This document shows positions 12,401 through 25,304 of a stretch of 63,883 nucleotides of DNA, in pieces. The notes below the pieces were generated by a model. That model worked only from the letters and a program-made list of their open reading frames with translations. It made no database searches and was not told where the DNA came from. This DNA is from Gracilinanus agilis. Lineage: Eukaryota. The DNA is taken from NCBI RefSeq assembly GCF_016433145.1, contig NC_058133.1, forward strand, positions 467,209,096-467,272,978. The letters run 5' to 3'. The translations under genes and the position numbers were made by a program. Position 1 is the first letter of the stretch; each line of letters begins with the position of its first letter.

Positions 12401-12596
12401 TACAAACTTCAATTGAGACACAAAAGTGCCTAGGGTTGGCTCTGGCTAAAGCCTGGTATTATAGGAATTTGTCTTCTGGATGGAGTAATCTGACCTTACC
12501 TGCAATGGTTTTCCATACTCGGAAGATGTTATAGAATATCCAGGGCACTCAGTGACCTGGAATAAGCATCTGCCAAACCCAGAAAGATAGTTTTCA

Positions 12597-12872
<276 letters not shown>

Positions 12873-13506
12873 TCATTTTTCTGAACACTGGTCAACAGCT
12901 GTGACTGGTTTGTCCTTGGAGGGAAGGGTTTGCTTGTCTGAAGTAACCTTGGCAAGGACAGAGAGGGGAGGGCAAAAGGAGGAATAAGAAATGAAAGCCA
13001 ACAGATTGGTGCAGGTGGGAAGCAAACAGCCTTGATGGTGTCACATCTGCACTGGCTTTATGTTCCTTTATGGGATCAAATCTGGCCTCTTCATTCTAGC
13101 TTAGCAACTGTGGGCAAGTGGACAAATCTCTCGACTCAGTTTCCTCATTCATAAAGTGATGATAATAGTAGTTCCTAATTCATAAGGTTCATAAATAGCT
13201 AGAAGGACCTGAAAAAGCCATCTAATTTTTAAGAACTAACTATAGGAGCTAGGCAAATTCTCCAAGGTCTTATGAGTGACAAATTTCAGAAAAGAGATTT
13301 CAACCCAGGTCCCCTACTCTGAGCCAGGATCAAATGGCATAATACATATAAAATGTTTTTTTTAAATAGATATCATCTATTATTATTATTACATAGAACT
13401 AAGGAGCAATTTGAATTAAAATTTAACATTCAGTCACATTTTCAGGAGAAATAGAATAGTGTGGTAGATAGAATGCTTGACTTAGAATCAGAAAAATCTA
13501 GGTTCA

Positions 13507-13690
13507 GGGCAGCTGGGTAGCTCAGTGGAGTGAGAGTCAGGCCTAGAGACAGGAGGTCCTAGGTTCAAGCCCAGGCTCAGCCACTTCCCAGCTGTGTGAC
13601 CCTAGGCAAGTCACTTGACCCCCATTGCCCACCCTTACCAATCTTCCACCTATGAGACAATACACAGAAGTACAAGGGTTTTAAAAAAAA
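13507..13690 (+). mobile_element. Young opossum SINE inserted in a MIR
   Basis: GGGCAGCTGGGTAGCTCAGTGG head close to consensus, variant tail CCTATGAGACAATACACAGAAGTACAAGGG, A-tail. Confidence 0.9.
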
Positions 13691-13789
13691 CCCTTCATAT
13701 CTTGCCTATGAGCAGGCCTATTTAGGTAGTTATAATCAAGATTTATACTCTGTGCCTCAGTTTCCTTTTGTGTAAAATCCACTTGTTTT

Positions 13790-14005
13790 TCAGGTATGTC
13801 CAACTCTTTGTAACCCCATTTTGGGTTTTCTTGGCAATAATGCTGAATTAATTTGTCATTTCCTTTTCTAGCTCATGTTTACAGATGAAGAAATTGAGGC
13901 AAACAGGGTTAAGTGACCTGCCTAGAACCATGTAGCTAGTAAGTGTCTGAGGTCAGATTTGAACTTGTCTTCCTGACATTCTATCTACTCTGACACCTAG
14001 TATAA
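13790..14005 (-). mobile_element. MAR1-type SINE
   Basis: TTTGTAACCCCATTTTGGGTTTTCTTGGCAA...CAGATGAAGAAATTGAGGC. Confidence 0.82.
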
Positions 14006-15489
14006 ATGGGGATAATCATATCTATAACACCTACATTAACAGGTTGTTTTCCTACTCAAATGAGTCAACACAACTTAGGTTCAAGTCCTATCTTTGGCAA
14101 ATATTGGGTATATGATTCCTTTCCCCAATTTTCTAAGTCTATAAGTTGCATAACAGTCATTGATCTGAACTCAGTAGTTTCTTTGCTCAGAATTCTCTAA
14201 GCCAATGAAATCATAGGTCTAGACTTCCTTTCCCACAATTTTATTAATTAAATTTTATTATTTAATAAAATTTGAAAATTTTATTAAAGTGTTAAGTAAA
14301 TGTAATATGTTATTATTCTTACTGCCATAATTTTATTTTTCACCATTACCACCTTTTTATTTGGAAGGCATTGGAGAAGGCTGGGGAAAATAGAGAAAGC
14401 TGAAAACAATGCTCTGGAATGTGAGGGTATGGGGCTGATGGAGCCTCTGGAGGCTTCTTGGGACTCAAAACAAAAAGCTTTGTTAACAATGATCAGCCAA
14501 CAATCCTTCCCTTGATCCAATTCTTTAGTCTCTTGGCTATTTGAGTTGGAGGGCCAGCCTGGAGAGGGATGTCTCAGGGTGCCAAGTTCCACTCTCTTCT
14601 GTCCATCTCTTACGATGACCCAGATTGGTAGCTGAATGTCTCCTGGCACCAGATGAAAAGCACAGGGGACTAGCCAATGGCCTGGGTGACATTTCATCTC
14701 TCCTAAACCCCCACTGGCATGTTTGCCTCAGGAGTCCCTGCCCTTGGGACATCTGATGCCTACTTTGTGAAGTGACTGGAAAGGCAGAGTGTGAAAAGCC
14801 CTAAAGAAACAGCAGTTCCTTCCCTTTTGTCCAGTGCTGGTGTGTGAAAGAAAACCACTGAGCCATGTGTGACTGTAGGGCAACGCACAGATCAACTGGC
14901 TGACCCCTTCTGGTGGACACCTGTCACTACAGTCCACTGTGGCCACAAACCTGACTGGATTTGTGAGCACAGGTGGTGGGGAAAGTCACAGGAAGCTCCA
15001 ATCAAAAGACCTTGGGAAACCCCAGGGTTATGTCAGCAGTTCTGATGGACTCCTGGGTTTCCAAGTTCCAGTAGAATCAATTCTTCCTGTTTCATTTTGT
15101 CATTTTGTTTTTAATAAGCACTTTGCCAGCTCCACCCAATGCCTTTTGTTAAAAACAACTCATTGGATCAAAAGCAAAGAATGGAGAAAGCTGGGAAAAG
15201 AAACTGAAGGAGACTGAATTATCATGTCTGTTTGGAGGAGCAGGAGGCTAAGGCTGGGGGAGAGGGTTCTTCTCCATATGCCTCTTTATAGGTTCAGACG
15301 TTCAGAGCTGGAAGGAACCTCAGAGGTCATCTAGTCCAATCTGCTCCCCTTCTAGATGAGAAACCGATGCTTATGGTGCTGAAGTGACAATGGAGGTCAT
15401 ACAAGGTAATAACAGCCAAACCAGAATTTCAACCTGCAGGTTCCAAGTTCAAATATAGTACTTGGTTTACTATGATACATCATTGTCTT

Positions 15490-15955
15490 CTTTTTCTGTC
15501 TTTCTGTTTTAGTCTTCCTTGTCTGTCTCTCTCCTTTCTTTCCTCTGTCTCTATCTCTATTTCTGTCCGTCTATCTCTCTCTCTATGTTTCTCCGTCTCC
15601 TTTCTATCATTGCTATCTCTCTCCTATCTCTGTCTCTGTCTCTCCCTCTCTGTTTCTGTCTCTCTCTCTTTCTGTTCTCTTTTTCCTCTCTTTCTCCTCT
15701 CTCTGTCTCTATTTGTGTCTCTCCTGTCTATTTTTGTCTGTCTGTCTGTCTGATCTCTGTTTCTCTCTCTCTGCCTCTCTCCTTTCTATCATCTCTCTGT
15801 CTCTCTCCTTTCTTTCCTCTATCTCTCTATCTCTGTTGGTTTCTCCCTCTCTGTCTCTCTATCTCTCTTTTTGTCTCTCTCATTTCTCTCTCTCTTTCTG
15901 TCCTTTTTTTCCTCTCTCTCCCCTCTCTCTGTCTCTATCTCTCTGTCTCTGACTG
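15490..15955 (+). repeat. CT-rich low-complexity tract
   Basis: Degenerate (CT)n/(CTGT)n; source of ORFs 15472, 15519 and 15713. Confidence 0.95.
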
Positions 15956-17164
15956 ATTGTCTGTAATGCCCTCCTTTCCTAGGCTGGACATTGACACTGA
16001 ACCCTGGGTCTCTGGATCCACTTTCATCTTGACCTAGATAGTAGAAAAGGTCACCACTCGTAGAGGGGGAAAGGAGGGGGGAAATGAGGCAAAGGGAAGT
16101 AACTACTATTTTCTTGGATTCTCTCCATATGTGCTTCCTTTGGAATTTGGATCCTCCTTCTCTCGGAGACAATATACTTATTGATTCTCAAAGAAATTAG
16201 TACTGCGTCTTCCTTTAAGCTATTACTGTATTCAGGAGGAAGAAAGAAGACATCTCCTTTGGGGTGAGAGGGTAGGCTAGTGGATAGGTACTAGATAGTG
16301 TTGATAGGACACAATCAAAAATAGATTTTCAAGAAAATATTTTATAAAATACATGGAAGAAAGAAACATGCAGAAGTTATATTTAAAGGAGCATTTTCAG
16401 TCACTCCCTTATTAAATTAAACATGCATATATGTGTATGTGTATATTCATAGATAACACAGATATGGCCCTTAGAGGGTGTCTAATCAATCCCTTCATTT
16501 TAAGAATGAGGAAACTGAGGTCCAGAAGGTTGTGACTTGCCTAAAATGACCCAGATTGAAACAGAACCAAATTTTAAAACTGGGTCAAAACAAGAGGTGG
16601 TAGATAGAATTAGATTCAGAAAAACCTGGTTTGAAGTCGATGTCAGACTCTTATTAACTTTGTGAACCTCTGAGCCTCAGTTTCCTCACCTATAAAATGA
16701 GGGGATTTGACTTGATGATCTCTCTGTTACCTGCCAGTTCTGTCTATGATCTATCCCTCCCTTGTATGTATGTGAATATACATTTATGCTCTATAAAGAA
16801 ATATATCTTTAAAATATATATGACATATACTATGAATGTGTACAGATAATATACATGTAGTTAATATATTACATGTAGTACATACATAGAAGTTCATAGT
16901 TTCTTATACAAGCCTCTTTTTGTTCAGCTTTGTGTAGTGAGATGTTTTTGTCTTGTGGATTGTTAAGTTTACCCTAAAAAAATATGTAATTTCAGGGAAA
17001 AAAGAAACAGGACATCATCCTTGTCATCATAGGGCTTGGGTCCCCCACTCCAAGACACACAATTTAGATGGGCTTCTTCTTGCTTTCAAGAAGTTCTAGT
17101 GAGGCTGTTACTGATTGGTCAGTGAGTAAGGCATTGGTCAATCAAGGACAGTCTGTGACTAGGA

Positions 17165-17335
17165 CTTTTTTAAACCCTTACTGTCGGTTCCAGAGTCAAT
17201 TCTGTGTATTGGTTCCAAGGCACAAGAGCAGTAAGGAACTAGGCAACTGGGGTTAAGTGACTTGCCTAGGGTCACACAGCTAGGCAGGATCTGAGACCAG
17301 ATTTGAACCTAGAATGTCCTGTGTGACTAGGACTT
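17165..17335 (-). mobile_element. Opossum SINE
   Basis: AAACCCTTAC...GTATTGGTTCCAAGG...GGGTCACACAGC. Confidence 0.85.
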
Positions 17336-18409
17336 CATGAAAGCAAGTGGAAGTCAGTCCAAATTGTGGATCTCAAATGCGCTCAGAAGTGTTTCTGTGT
17401 GATGGCATGTGTGAGCCCTGGCACTTACGCAAAGTTTGGTTAGAAGGTATGGACGAGTATAAATCCTTGGCTCCCAGAGCAGAGTTTTTCCAAGGCTTCA
17501 TTTGCCTCCTACTAGCCCTGGAAATGCCCTCCTGATGTCCCTTGAGAAGTCCCTGTTTTCATACTTCCTACTGCCTATGGAGGGAAAGAAATTGAATTCA
17601 CTTTTTACCTGAAGTGGAGCTCATTCATTCTTTTGACAAATATTTATTGAGAGTCTACTGTGAGCCGGGCTCTGTGCAAGGCTCTGATGTGACTCCTTAG
17701 TGTTATTACACTATTTGAGAATGCTGTATTAAGAGCCAAATAGGCCCTCTGGTGACCATATAACTAAGTAGTTTAGCCACTTATTTATTTTAATGGTAGC
17801 AATAGATTTTGCCAGAGCAGAGGAAAGCACTGTGACGTTTACAATGGTGATTACCCAGGAGCAGACGGTAATGCCAGTGCTTATTCAAAAAATGGCCAGC
17901 CTATATGCTATGAGTCTATTTACAACTGGTGAAAAATAAAACTGGCCCAGGACGATTTGTAATGCTCCTCACCTGGAAGTAAAAATTTCTAAACATTGGC
18001 CTTCTTGACCAACTTTGCTTCTCCTCTGTCCAATTGTCTCCTCTCTCCTCAGCCCACTCTATTCGGTGGGTCACAAAGTCCTCCAGCTAAGGCATCCTCT
18101 ATAACATCTTTGTCCTTTCTTTTCTCTAATGATCACTCAAGGCCATTCCCTCATTGCTACAACAGTTTTCTAATGGATCACCTTGTTTTTAATTTTTCCC
18201 TGTTTTAATTCACCCTGAACAACACTATTGGCATTCATTTGCTCAAAACCATTTTCATCAAGTCACTTCTGTATACAAGAACCTAGTGACTCATTATTTT
18301 GAGCACTCATAAAACCATTCTAACCCATCTTTCTCCTTCTACTACCCTTCCCCTCCAGGTCATCCTTCACAGAACAAAGCAATTTTTCCTAAAGGAATTT
18401 TGTTCCATA

Positions 18410-18635
18410 GTTTCCGACTCTTTGTGACCCCATTTGGGGTTTTCTTGGCAAAGATGCTGGAGTGGTTTGCCATTTCCTTCTCCAGCTCATCTTATAACTG
18501 AGGAAATGGATGCAAATAGAAGTTAGGTGACTTGCCCAGGATCACATAGCTAGTGAGTGTCTGAGACTGTATTTGAACTCTGGAAGATGAGTCTTCCTGA
18601 CACTCTTATCTACTGTGCCACCTAGTTGTCCAACT
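18410..18635 (-). mobile_element. MAR1-type SINE
   Basis: GGGGTTTTCTTGGCAAAGATGCTGGAGTGGTTTGCCATTTCCTTCTCCAGCTC. Confidence 0.87.
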
Positions 18636-18984
18636 GCATGTTTAGAAAACATAATCATATTTTCCCTCTTATCAAAAACCTTTCAGGGTTCTCTAATGCC
18701 TATAAGATAATATTCAAACTCTACATCATTGAATTTCTACCTGGTTATGGAACTTCCTCTGGTCAAAATGGCCTGTTGCTTATTATCAGAATTTATCCTT
18801 CATGACTATTTTCAGAATGTATTCTGTCCTCTTTTGCCTTAATTAGTTCACACAGGCTATTCCCTATGTTTAGTATATACTCTCTTCTCCTTTCAACCCA
18901 TTCTTCCTTCAAGGCTCTGTTCAGGCCAAACCTTCTATGAAATCATTCCTAACCTCCAAGTATTTTCTTTTCTTTTTTCCACCT

Positions 18985-19168
18985 AAAACCCTTACCTTCC
19001 ATCTTTCAATCAATAACAAGTTTTGGTTTCAAGGCAGAAAAGGGGTAAGGGATAAGCAACTGGAGTTAAGTGACTTACCCAGAGTCCCACAGCTATGAAG
19101 TATCTGAGATCAGATTAGAACACAAGTCCAGATATGGTTCTCACTCTACTGAGTCATCTAGTTGTCCC
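18985..19168 (-). mobile_element. Opossum SINE
   Basis: AAAACCCTTACCTTCCATC...TTAAGTGACTT. Confidence 0.82.
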
Positions 19169-20239
19169 TCTCTAAATATTTTCTCAAAGCTCTATTTTTC
19201 TCTTTTCTACATCCTTAGGTGTATACATACTGTATACTTTTCATAGATAGTGGGTCATATTGCTTTCCATTTTTGTATCCTCTTCACCTATCATGGTGCT
19301 AGTAGTAGCTGATTAAGAAATACTTGTGGAATTAAATTAAATGCCATCTAACCTCTTTCCTATATCCAAGGCTCAAAATCAGCTGTTACCCTTTAATCCC
19401 ATTATCAATTTTACCAATAAAAAGGAGTCTAGGGACACCAGATGGTCCAGGGGCCGTTTACTCCCCATCCATAATAAGCATCCTCATCATTCATTATTCC
19501 TCAACAGGTAGCCATTTTAATATATTTGCTTTTCTCCACCTCAAATATATACATACCACTTGCTGTTTCCTATCTCCATGTACTTACATATACCATTCTC
19601 CCTTCCAGTGTTCTCTTTCATCCTCTCTATAAATATATATCCATTATGTCCTTCTAAAGCCATCTAAAAACTTACCTCTTACTGAAGGCTTCTGGGATTA
19701 ACCTCATATTCTTTTGACCCTACCTACAGTTGTCCTCAGGTATTGTTAGTCATTCTCTCTCTTTGTGTCTTGCCTTCTCCAGCTAGTTGAGGACATCCTC
19801 TGAGGCCAATGTTTTAATCCTTTAGTTTATGCTGAACTCATAGAGAAGCTTCAAAAATCCTTCTGGCTGCCAATCTCTTCTAATTATGCTGAGCACAAAA
19901 TTTCCACATACGTTATTTCTTTCCCTTGGCCACTTGATGGCTGTAGGAACACTGCCATGTTTGTAGGGATTGTGAGGAGGCCTAGTTCTTACAGAATCCA
20001 GAAAATTTCTTGGGCTTACAATAAGTTCTAGGAGAATCCTGAAGGAAAGAGACTAAACAGAATGGGAAAACTCCTTCTCTGACCAGAAATCTAGTATGGG
20101 ATACCACCACAGATTACTTTGGAAGCTTTCTTTACCTAGAAATTCCCCATATCCACTTCTGCAAGGCTCATAGAAGATACCATTTGGAATGGGTCTATAA
20201 AAATCCAAGGACAACCTAGGATTTAGGGTTCCTCTAGGC

Positions 20240-20451
20240 CAGTGATGGTGAACTTTTTAGAGACCAAGTGCCCAAACTACAACCCTCATGCTGCATGTGA
20301 GTCCCCCTACACCTTGCCCCAGACAGGGGAGGGAGGAAGCACTCCCATTGGGCTGCTGGGAAGAGAGGCAGGTGATCGGAGAAAGGTGCATGTAGAAATG
20401 GGAAGGGGAACAGCCCCCTCAAGCACACATGCCATAAGTTCACCAACACAG
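20240..20451 (+). mobile_element. Non-autonomous hAT (hAT1-like TIR) MITE, 212 bp
   Basis: TIR CAGTGATGGTGAACTT ... AAGTTCACCAACACAG; 8-bp TSD CTCTAGGC/CTCTAGGG. Confidence 0.88.
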
Positions 20452-20702
20452 CTCTAGGGCAAAGCCACTTTGCTTTAGGGAAACTTTTATTATTGCTATG
20501 TATTACTTCTTAAAAATGTGATGTTTAGACACTTCTCAGGATTTTAGTAGTCCTCTTTAATTCAATTGTCCCTTATTTCTTATGACTAGTTTCTTGGATA
20601 ATAGATAAGATTGACAACTAATTGGAAGAAAAAGGAAAAGAAGGGAAGAGAAAGGAAAGGAAGTTGTAGCTCAGTGCCTCATTCTTATAGGTATCTACTT
20701 AC

Positions 20703-20776
20703 CCCTTTATCAAAAGTGGCAAAGAATTTGATGTAGGGCTGGAAATGTTCAGCTGCTTCTTCAAATGCCTTGTAAT
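20703..20776 (-). CDS. CASQ2: Calsequestrin-2 exon 5 (74 nt, phase 1 to 0)
   Basis: (H)[24 protein letters not shown]. Acceptor ATCCTCTTAG, donor GGG|GTAAGT. Confidence 0.97.
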
Positions 20777-21709
20777 CTAAGAGGATAAAGATGAAAGGAA
20801 AGGAATTTTCAAAATCCATATTCCAGACATTTATGTTCTTTTTTTTTAAAAAAATGTTTTAGTGGTATCAGAGCTTCAGTTAATTAATCAATCACTCAAC
20901 AAACACTTAAGTATCTACTATAGATAGACATAAAGATGGATATCAAACTCCCTCTCCTCAAGGATCTCCCACTGGATTTTAAAGTAAGAAGGATATTTAC
21001 AAAGGGGGAAATGGAAAAGATCTATGATTTTGTTAATATAGGGAACTCCTATCAGTATACTATAACTGCCATCAGTCTTTTCTCTGCAACTTAGAGTTCT
21101 CAAGAGTTTCTTGAGGCTTTGAGAAAGTGATTTGCCCAAGATAATATAGCACATGTGTGTCAGAAGAAGATTTGAACCTAGTTTTCCACTTTTTTGTGTG
21201 TGTTTTGTAATGGATGGAATGTCCAAGATTTCTTCAAGCTGTCATCTAGCCTGCCTTATTTTAAGTTTCCTATTTTCCCCATTACAGTTTGAAATCCTCA
21301 CTTTTTGTCCCAGGGAAGAAATCTGAATTTTTTCTTTTTCTTTTTGGGAGTGTTTACAATACCTTATTGTAAATTTTGGGTTAAAAATATACTTCTGAGT
21401 TTCTAAACTTTTTTTCTGTATTGTCTGTTGGCCTTTGCATATCATCTATGGTCTCTGCAAAACTCCCATTTAATTTCTTATGCCAACCTATGATAATTCA
21501 AACATTATATCATCCACTGTATTATGTTGCCTTTCTGTGCAACAAAACATACAGATAAAATATCAGAGATTCACAAAGGTATTAGCAAGCTGATCATTGA
21601 ATATCTCTGAAGAAAGTGGTCATGTCATTTGTTGCTTTCTCTGCACTGAAACCACAATGGAGGAAGTCATGATGTGGAAGGGATAGTTGTAATAATAGTT
21701 ATGCTTTTT

Positions 21710-21872
21710 AAAAAATTCTTACCTTCTGTCTTAGTATCAATTTTAAGACAGAAGAGTGGCAAGGGCTAGGAAATTGGGGCTAAGTTGGCTTGTGTCTCAG
21801 GTCAGATTTGAAGCCAGGTCTTCCTGACTCCAGGCCTGGTACTCTATCCACTGGGCTACCTAGCTGCTCCTA
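21710..21872 (-). mobile_element. Opossum SINE, short-hairpin variant
   Basis: CTTCTGTCTTA-GTATCAATTT-TAAGACAGAAG tail. Confidence 0.85.
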
Positions 21873-22150
21873 CCCTTAACTGCAAATGAGACAGCCTGTC
21901 CATATCACTACCTCCATTTTTAGAGGAAAGACCTACATCGATGAAATTTTGGGGAAAATGAAAATACTCCTCAGAGTACAAAGCTTGTCCTTTCCCAAAG
22001 ATTGACCCAGCCACTTGCCTGTGTTCCTCCTTTTCAGATGAATTTGTTAGTTTGCATAACTAGAAAAGACCCTCCTGTTTTTCTTTCCTTGTCCCCAGTG
22101 GGAAAAGTCACTTTCTCAGACTCTTAGTTTGAAGCCTGTAGACAACTTAC

Positions 22151-22262
22151 GTTCTGAGTCTTCACTCTTGAAGAAGCCAATGAGTTTGATGAAGTCATCA
22201 ATGCGCTCAAAAGCTTGGACTTCCAGTTTGCTGTTGATAACCTCCACCGGGTCTTCGATTAA
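22151..22262 (-). CDS. CASQ2: Calsequestrin-2 exon 4 (112 nt, phase 0 to 1)
   Basis: [37 protein letters not shown](H). Acceptor GTCATTGCAG, donor AAC|GTAAGT. Confidence 0.97.
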
Positions 22263-22878
22263 CTGCAATGACAAGTAGGTTACTGTATTCTTTTTTTTTT
22301 AACCAAACTGCATCATTTTATTGGCAGAATTATAATAACATTCAGAAAATAAATGCCAAATATCAAATAAACTAAAATTCACTTTCGGGTCAATCAGAAG
22401 TAGATTCTAATTTTCAGTTAGAAAAAAGATCAGATCATTGTATTTGGTTACAGTTTAATCAAATTGAAACTCCAGTTCTTCCTTTTCTAAACTCTGATTT
22501 CCCCATCATTCTTCTGCAACAGTCTTTCCACTCTCTCTCAAAGCTGAGTATACCAAACAAGCACACAGATACACAAATGCACATACACATATTTGTGATC
22601 CATCTTTCATTCATAAAACATACTGGAATTTCAGGGGCTTGGTGCAGTGGCAAGAGAGCCAGATTTCAAATGAGAAGACTTGGATTTGAAAACTAGGTCA
22701 GACACATTATCTGTGTGGCATTGGGTAAGTCTCAACCTTTCTTAAACTCAGTTCCTCATCTCTAAAATGAGAGGACTATGGGTAGGCTAAATGGTCTCTG
22801 AGCATTAACTCTATAATCCTAGTTGGACTATTAGTTTTCAAGAGTACAAGGGTAGGCTAATTACCTTATTCTCTCTTT

Positions 22879-23080
22879 TTTTTCTTTTAAAAATCTTATC
22901 TTCTGTCTTAGAATCAATACAAGGTATTGGTTCCACTATAGAAAAGGTAAGGGCTAGGCAATTGGGGTTAAGTGACTTGCCCAGGGTCACACAGCTGAGA
23001 AGTGGCTGAGGTCAGACTTGAATCTAGGACTTCCCTCTCCAGGCTTGGCTCTCAATCTACTGAGAGACCTAACTACCCAC
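22879..23080 (-). mobile_element. Opossum SINE with TSD
   Basis: TSD TATTCTCTCTTT at 22867-22878 and 23081-23092. Confidence 0.9.
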
Positions 23081-24059
23081 TATTCTCTCTTTATTATACA
23101 GGTTTAAATTTTTTTCCTAATAAAAATAAATTTAATTTTAATTAAATTTCATTTAAAAAATTTTAAATAAAAAAGTTTTAATAAAGGATTGGGTAAGAAA
23201 TAAACATTGTCCAGGCCTGCTTTGGAAAGTAGTCCTACACATCTCAGAGAAGCCTTAGGCTTTCTGTGGGTCTCTTGTATTTTGAGGGTATAAAATGATG
23301 GGGTGTTACTGTACAGAAATAGGCATTTTTATCACACTGCAGGGGGATATCTGACTGCCCATCACTGTAGCACTGGGCTCTTTGCAAGTTGAGAAAGCAA
23401 CGAATGACTCAACTACCTTTCCGAGAAATATTCAGTGGTCAGACTGCTAATGTCTTTTTGAATTTTTGATGTTTTATCTGTAAGTTTTGTTGCACCAGAG
23501 AGGCAAAATGATACAGTGGAACACCTAGTTGTTGAAGATCTGGGTTTGAGTTCTATGTAATTCTGGGCAAAACAATGAACCTCTCCATATGGCAATTTTC
23601 TCACCTGTAAAAAAAAGGATATTAATATACTATCTACCGCAGAGGATAGTCATAGGGAAAGTGCAGCCCTAGAACCTAAGTCTCCTAACTTTCAATCCAA
23701 TGGAAGTGGCCTTACCTTAGATGGTTATCTAATTTGATTCCTCCTAGATATATTTTTCTAATGTTAAAAGTAGCAAAAGCCCATAGCTCGTTGCCATCCC
23801 CTACTTCCTCCTCTAGATTAGATGTCCTCTTATTTTTTCTGTGCTCTGTCTTCACAGTCTTTTTCCCGATAACATCAGAAGGATGTAATAACTGAACCAA
23901 TGAATTATCAATGGGAAATAATTAGTTGGTAATGAATGAATGGACATAGCAATATGTTAACACATAACATATAGACAAACACAAATAGGGCAGCTTCAAA
24001 ATGTAGCATAACAGATACAGACTTCCCAAGGAAAGTAAGATTCTCTTTAACCCAGGCTT

Positions 24060-24315
24060 ATTGTTATTGTTTAGTCTTTTTCTTAGTCATGTCTGACTCT
24101 TTGTGACCCCATTTGAAGTTTTCTTGGCAAAGATACTGGAGTGGTCTGCCATTTCCTTCTCCAGATCATTTTACTGATGAGGAAATTGAGGCAAACAGAG
24201 TTCAGTGCCTTGCCTGGGGTCACTCAGCCAGGAAGGGTGTGAGGCTGGAATTGAACTCAGGTCTTCCTGACTCCAAACTCTGTGCTCTTATCTACTGTAT
24301 CACCTTGCTGCCCTT
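24060..24315 (-). mobile_element. MAR1-type SINE
   Basis: TTTTCTTGGCAAAGATACTGGAGTGGTCTGCCATTTCCTTCTCCAG. Confidence 0.87.
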
Positions 24316-24457
24316 GAACACAGGCATCAGTCCAAAATATCGTAAATATTGCTAACAGTTTGTCAATTAGCAAGTACTTAACTATTTGACAGTTTTGTTC
24401 CAGTCTATATTCTAGCCAAAACAGCTCCTTTTAGGACTAATGTAAATCCGTGCTTAC

Positions 24458-24558
24458 ATCTAAAAGGAATTCCACCAAAACATCAGCAGCCAATTCTCCA
24501 TCAAACTCAATAGTGCGATCTCCCTTAAGGATATACAGGCTTCCTTCTTCATCAAAAC
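24458..24558 (-). CDS. CASQ2: Calsequestrin-2 exon 3 (101 nt, phase 1 to 0)
   Basis: (G)[33 protein letters not shown], also seen in ORF 24437..24649. Acceptor TTTCTACCAG, donor GAT|GTAAGC. Confidence 0.98.
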
Positions 24559-25304
24559 CTGGTAGAAATAAAGAGATAAAGAAAAATGATAACTTTCTCA
24601 CAGGACGTCCATTTCCATCAGTTCCTTCTGGACCCAACTTCAGACTCATAAAGCCTTCCTAGACTAATCCTACTCTGCTCTCTACCCTTCATCCTTCTGT
24701 TTACTGTTTAGACTACAACATAAAATGTAATTAAATTATGTTTTACACACACACATGTGTTTATATATATTTGTGTATGTGCTTTGCAAACCTAAGGTGC
24801 TCTATAAATGTTAAATATTATTATTATTATTTTGGTTTTGTTATTGTTACTTACTTTTGTTCTGTAATTATCTCCTGTATGCCTTGTTTCTCTCAATAAT
24901 TAATACTAATAGTAATAATAATAGCTAGTGTTGATATGGTACTTTAAGGTTCGGAAAGCTCTTTACATTTGATCCTTGCAATAACCCTGGGAAGACAGGT
25001 CTTCATTTTACATATGGGGAAACTGAAGCAGACAAGAGAATCAGTGACTTACTCAAGTTTACACAGCTAGGAAGTGTCTGAGATCATATTTGAACTCAAG
25101 TTTTCCTGACTCCATGTTCCCTCTGCCACTGAGCTGGACGGGGATCATATCTCACAGACTCAAATTCAGAGCTAGAAGGAACCTTAGAGGTCATATAGTT
25201 CCACCTCCTTATTTTACAATTAAGGAAACTGAGGCCCAGAGACTTTTTTTAATGGAGATATTATCTGTGTTATATGGGGATGTCACTCAATGAACATTTA
25301 CTGT

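Larger units (their letters stand above)
18220..19335 (+). mobile_element. LINE2 3' fragments with nested SINEs
   Basis: CAAAAACCTTTCAGGGTTCTCTAATGCCTATAAGAT; terminal AAGAAATACTTGTGGAATTAAATTAA. Confidence 0.55.

Noticed and set aside
13507-13580. tRNA-like A/B boxes
   Set aside because: These are SINE heads, not tRNA genes; no cloverleaf.
13717-13726. Perfect CArG box CCTATTTAGG
   Set aside because: Lies among SINE/MIR debris. A rough composition estimate predicts about five such boxes per 64 kb by chance.
14284-14697. 137-aa minus-strand ORF
   Set aside because: No recognisable domain or splice context, and the length is within chance expectation. The DNA is unique and might be regulatory.
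15472-15956. Long S/L/C-rich ORFs (93-145 aa)
   Set aside because: Artefacts of the CT low-complexity tract, which is open in several frames.
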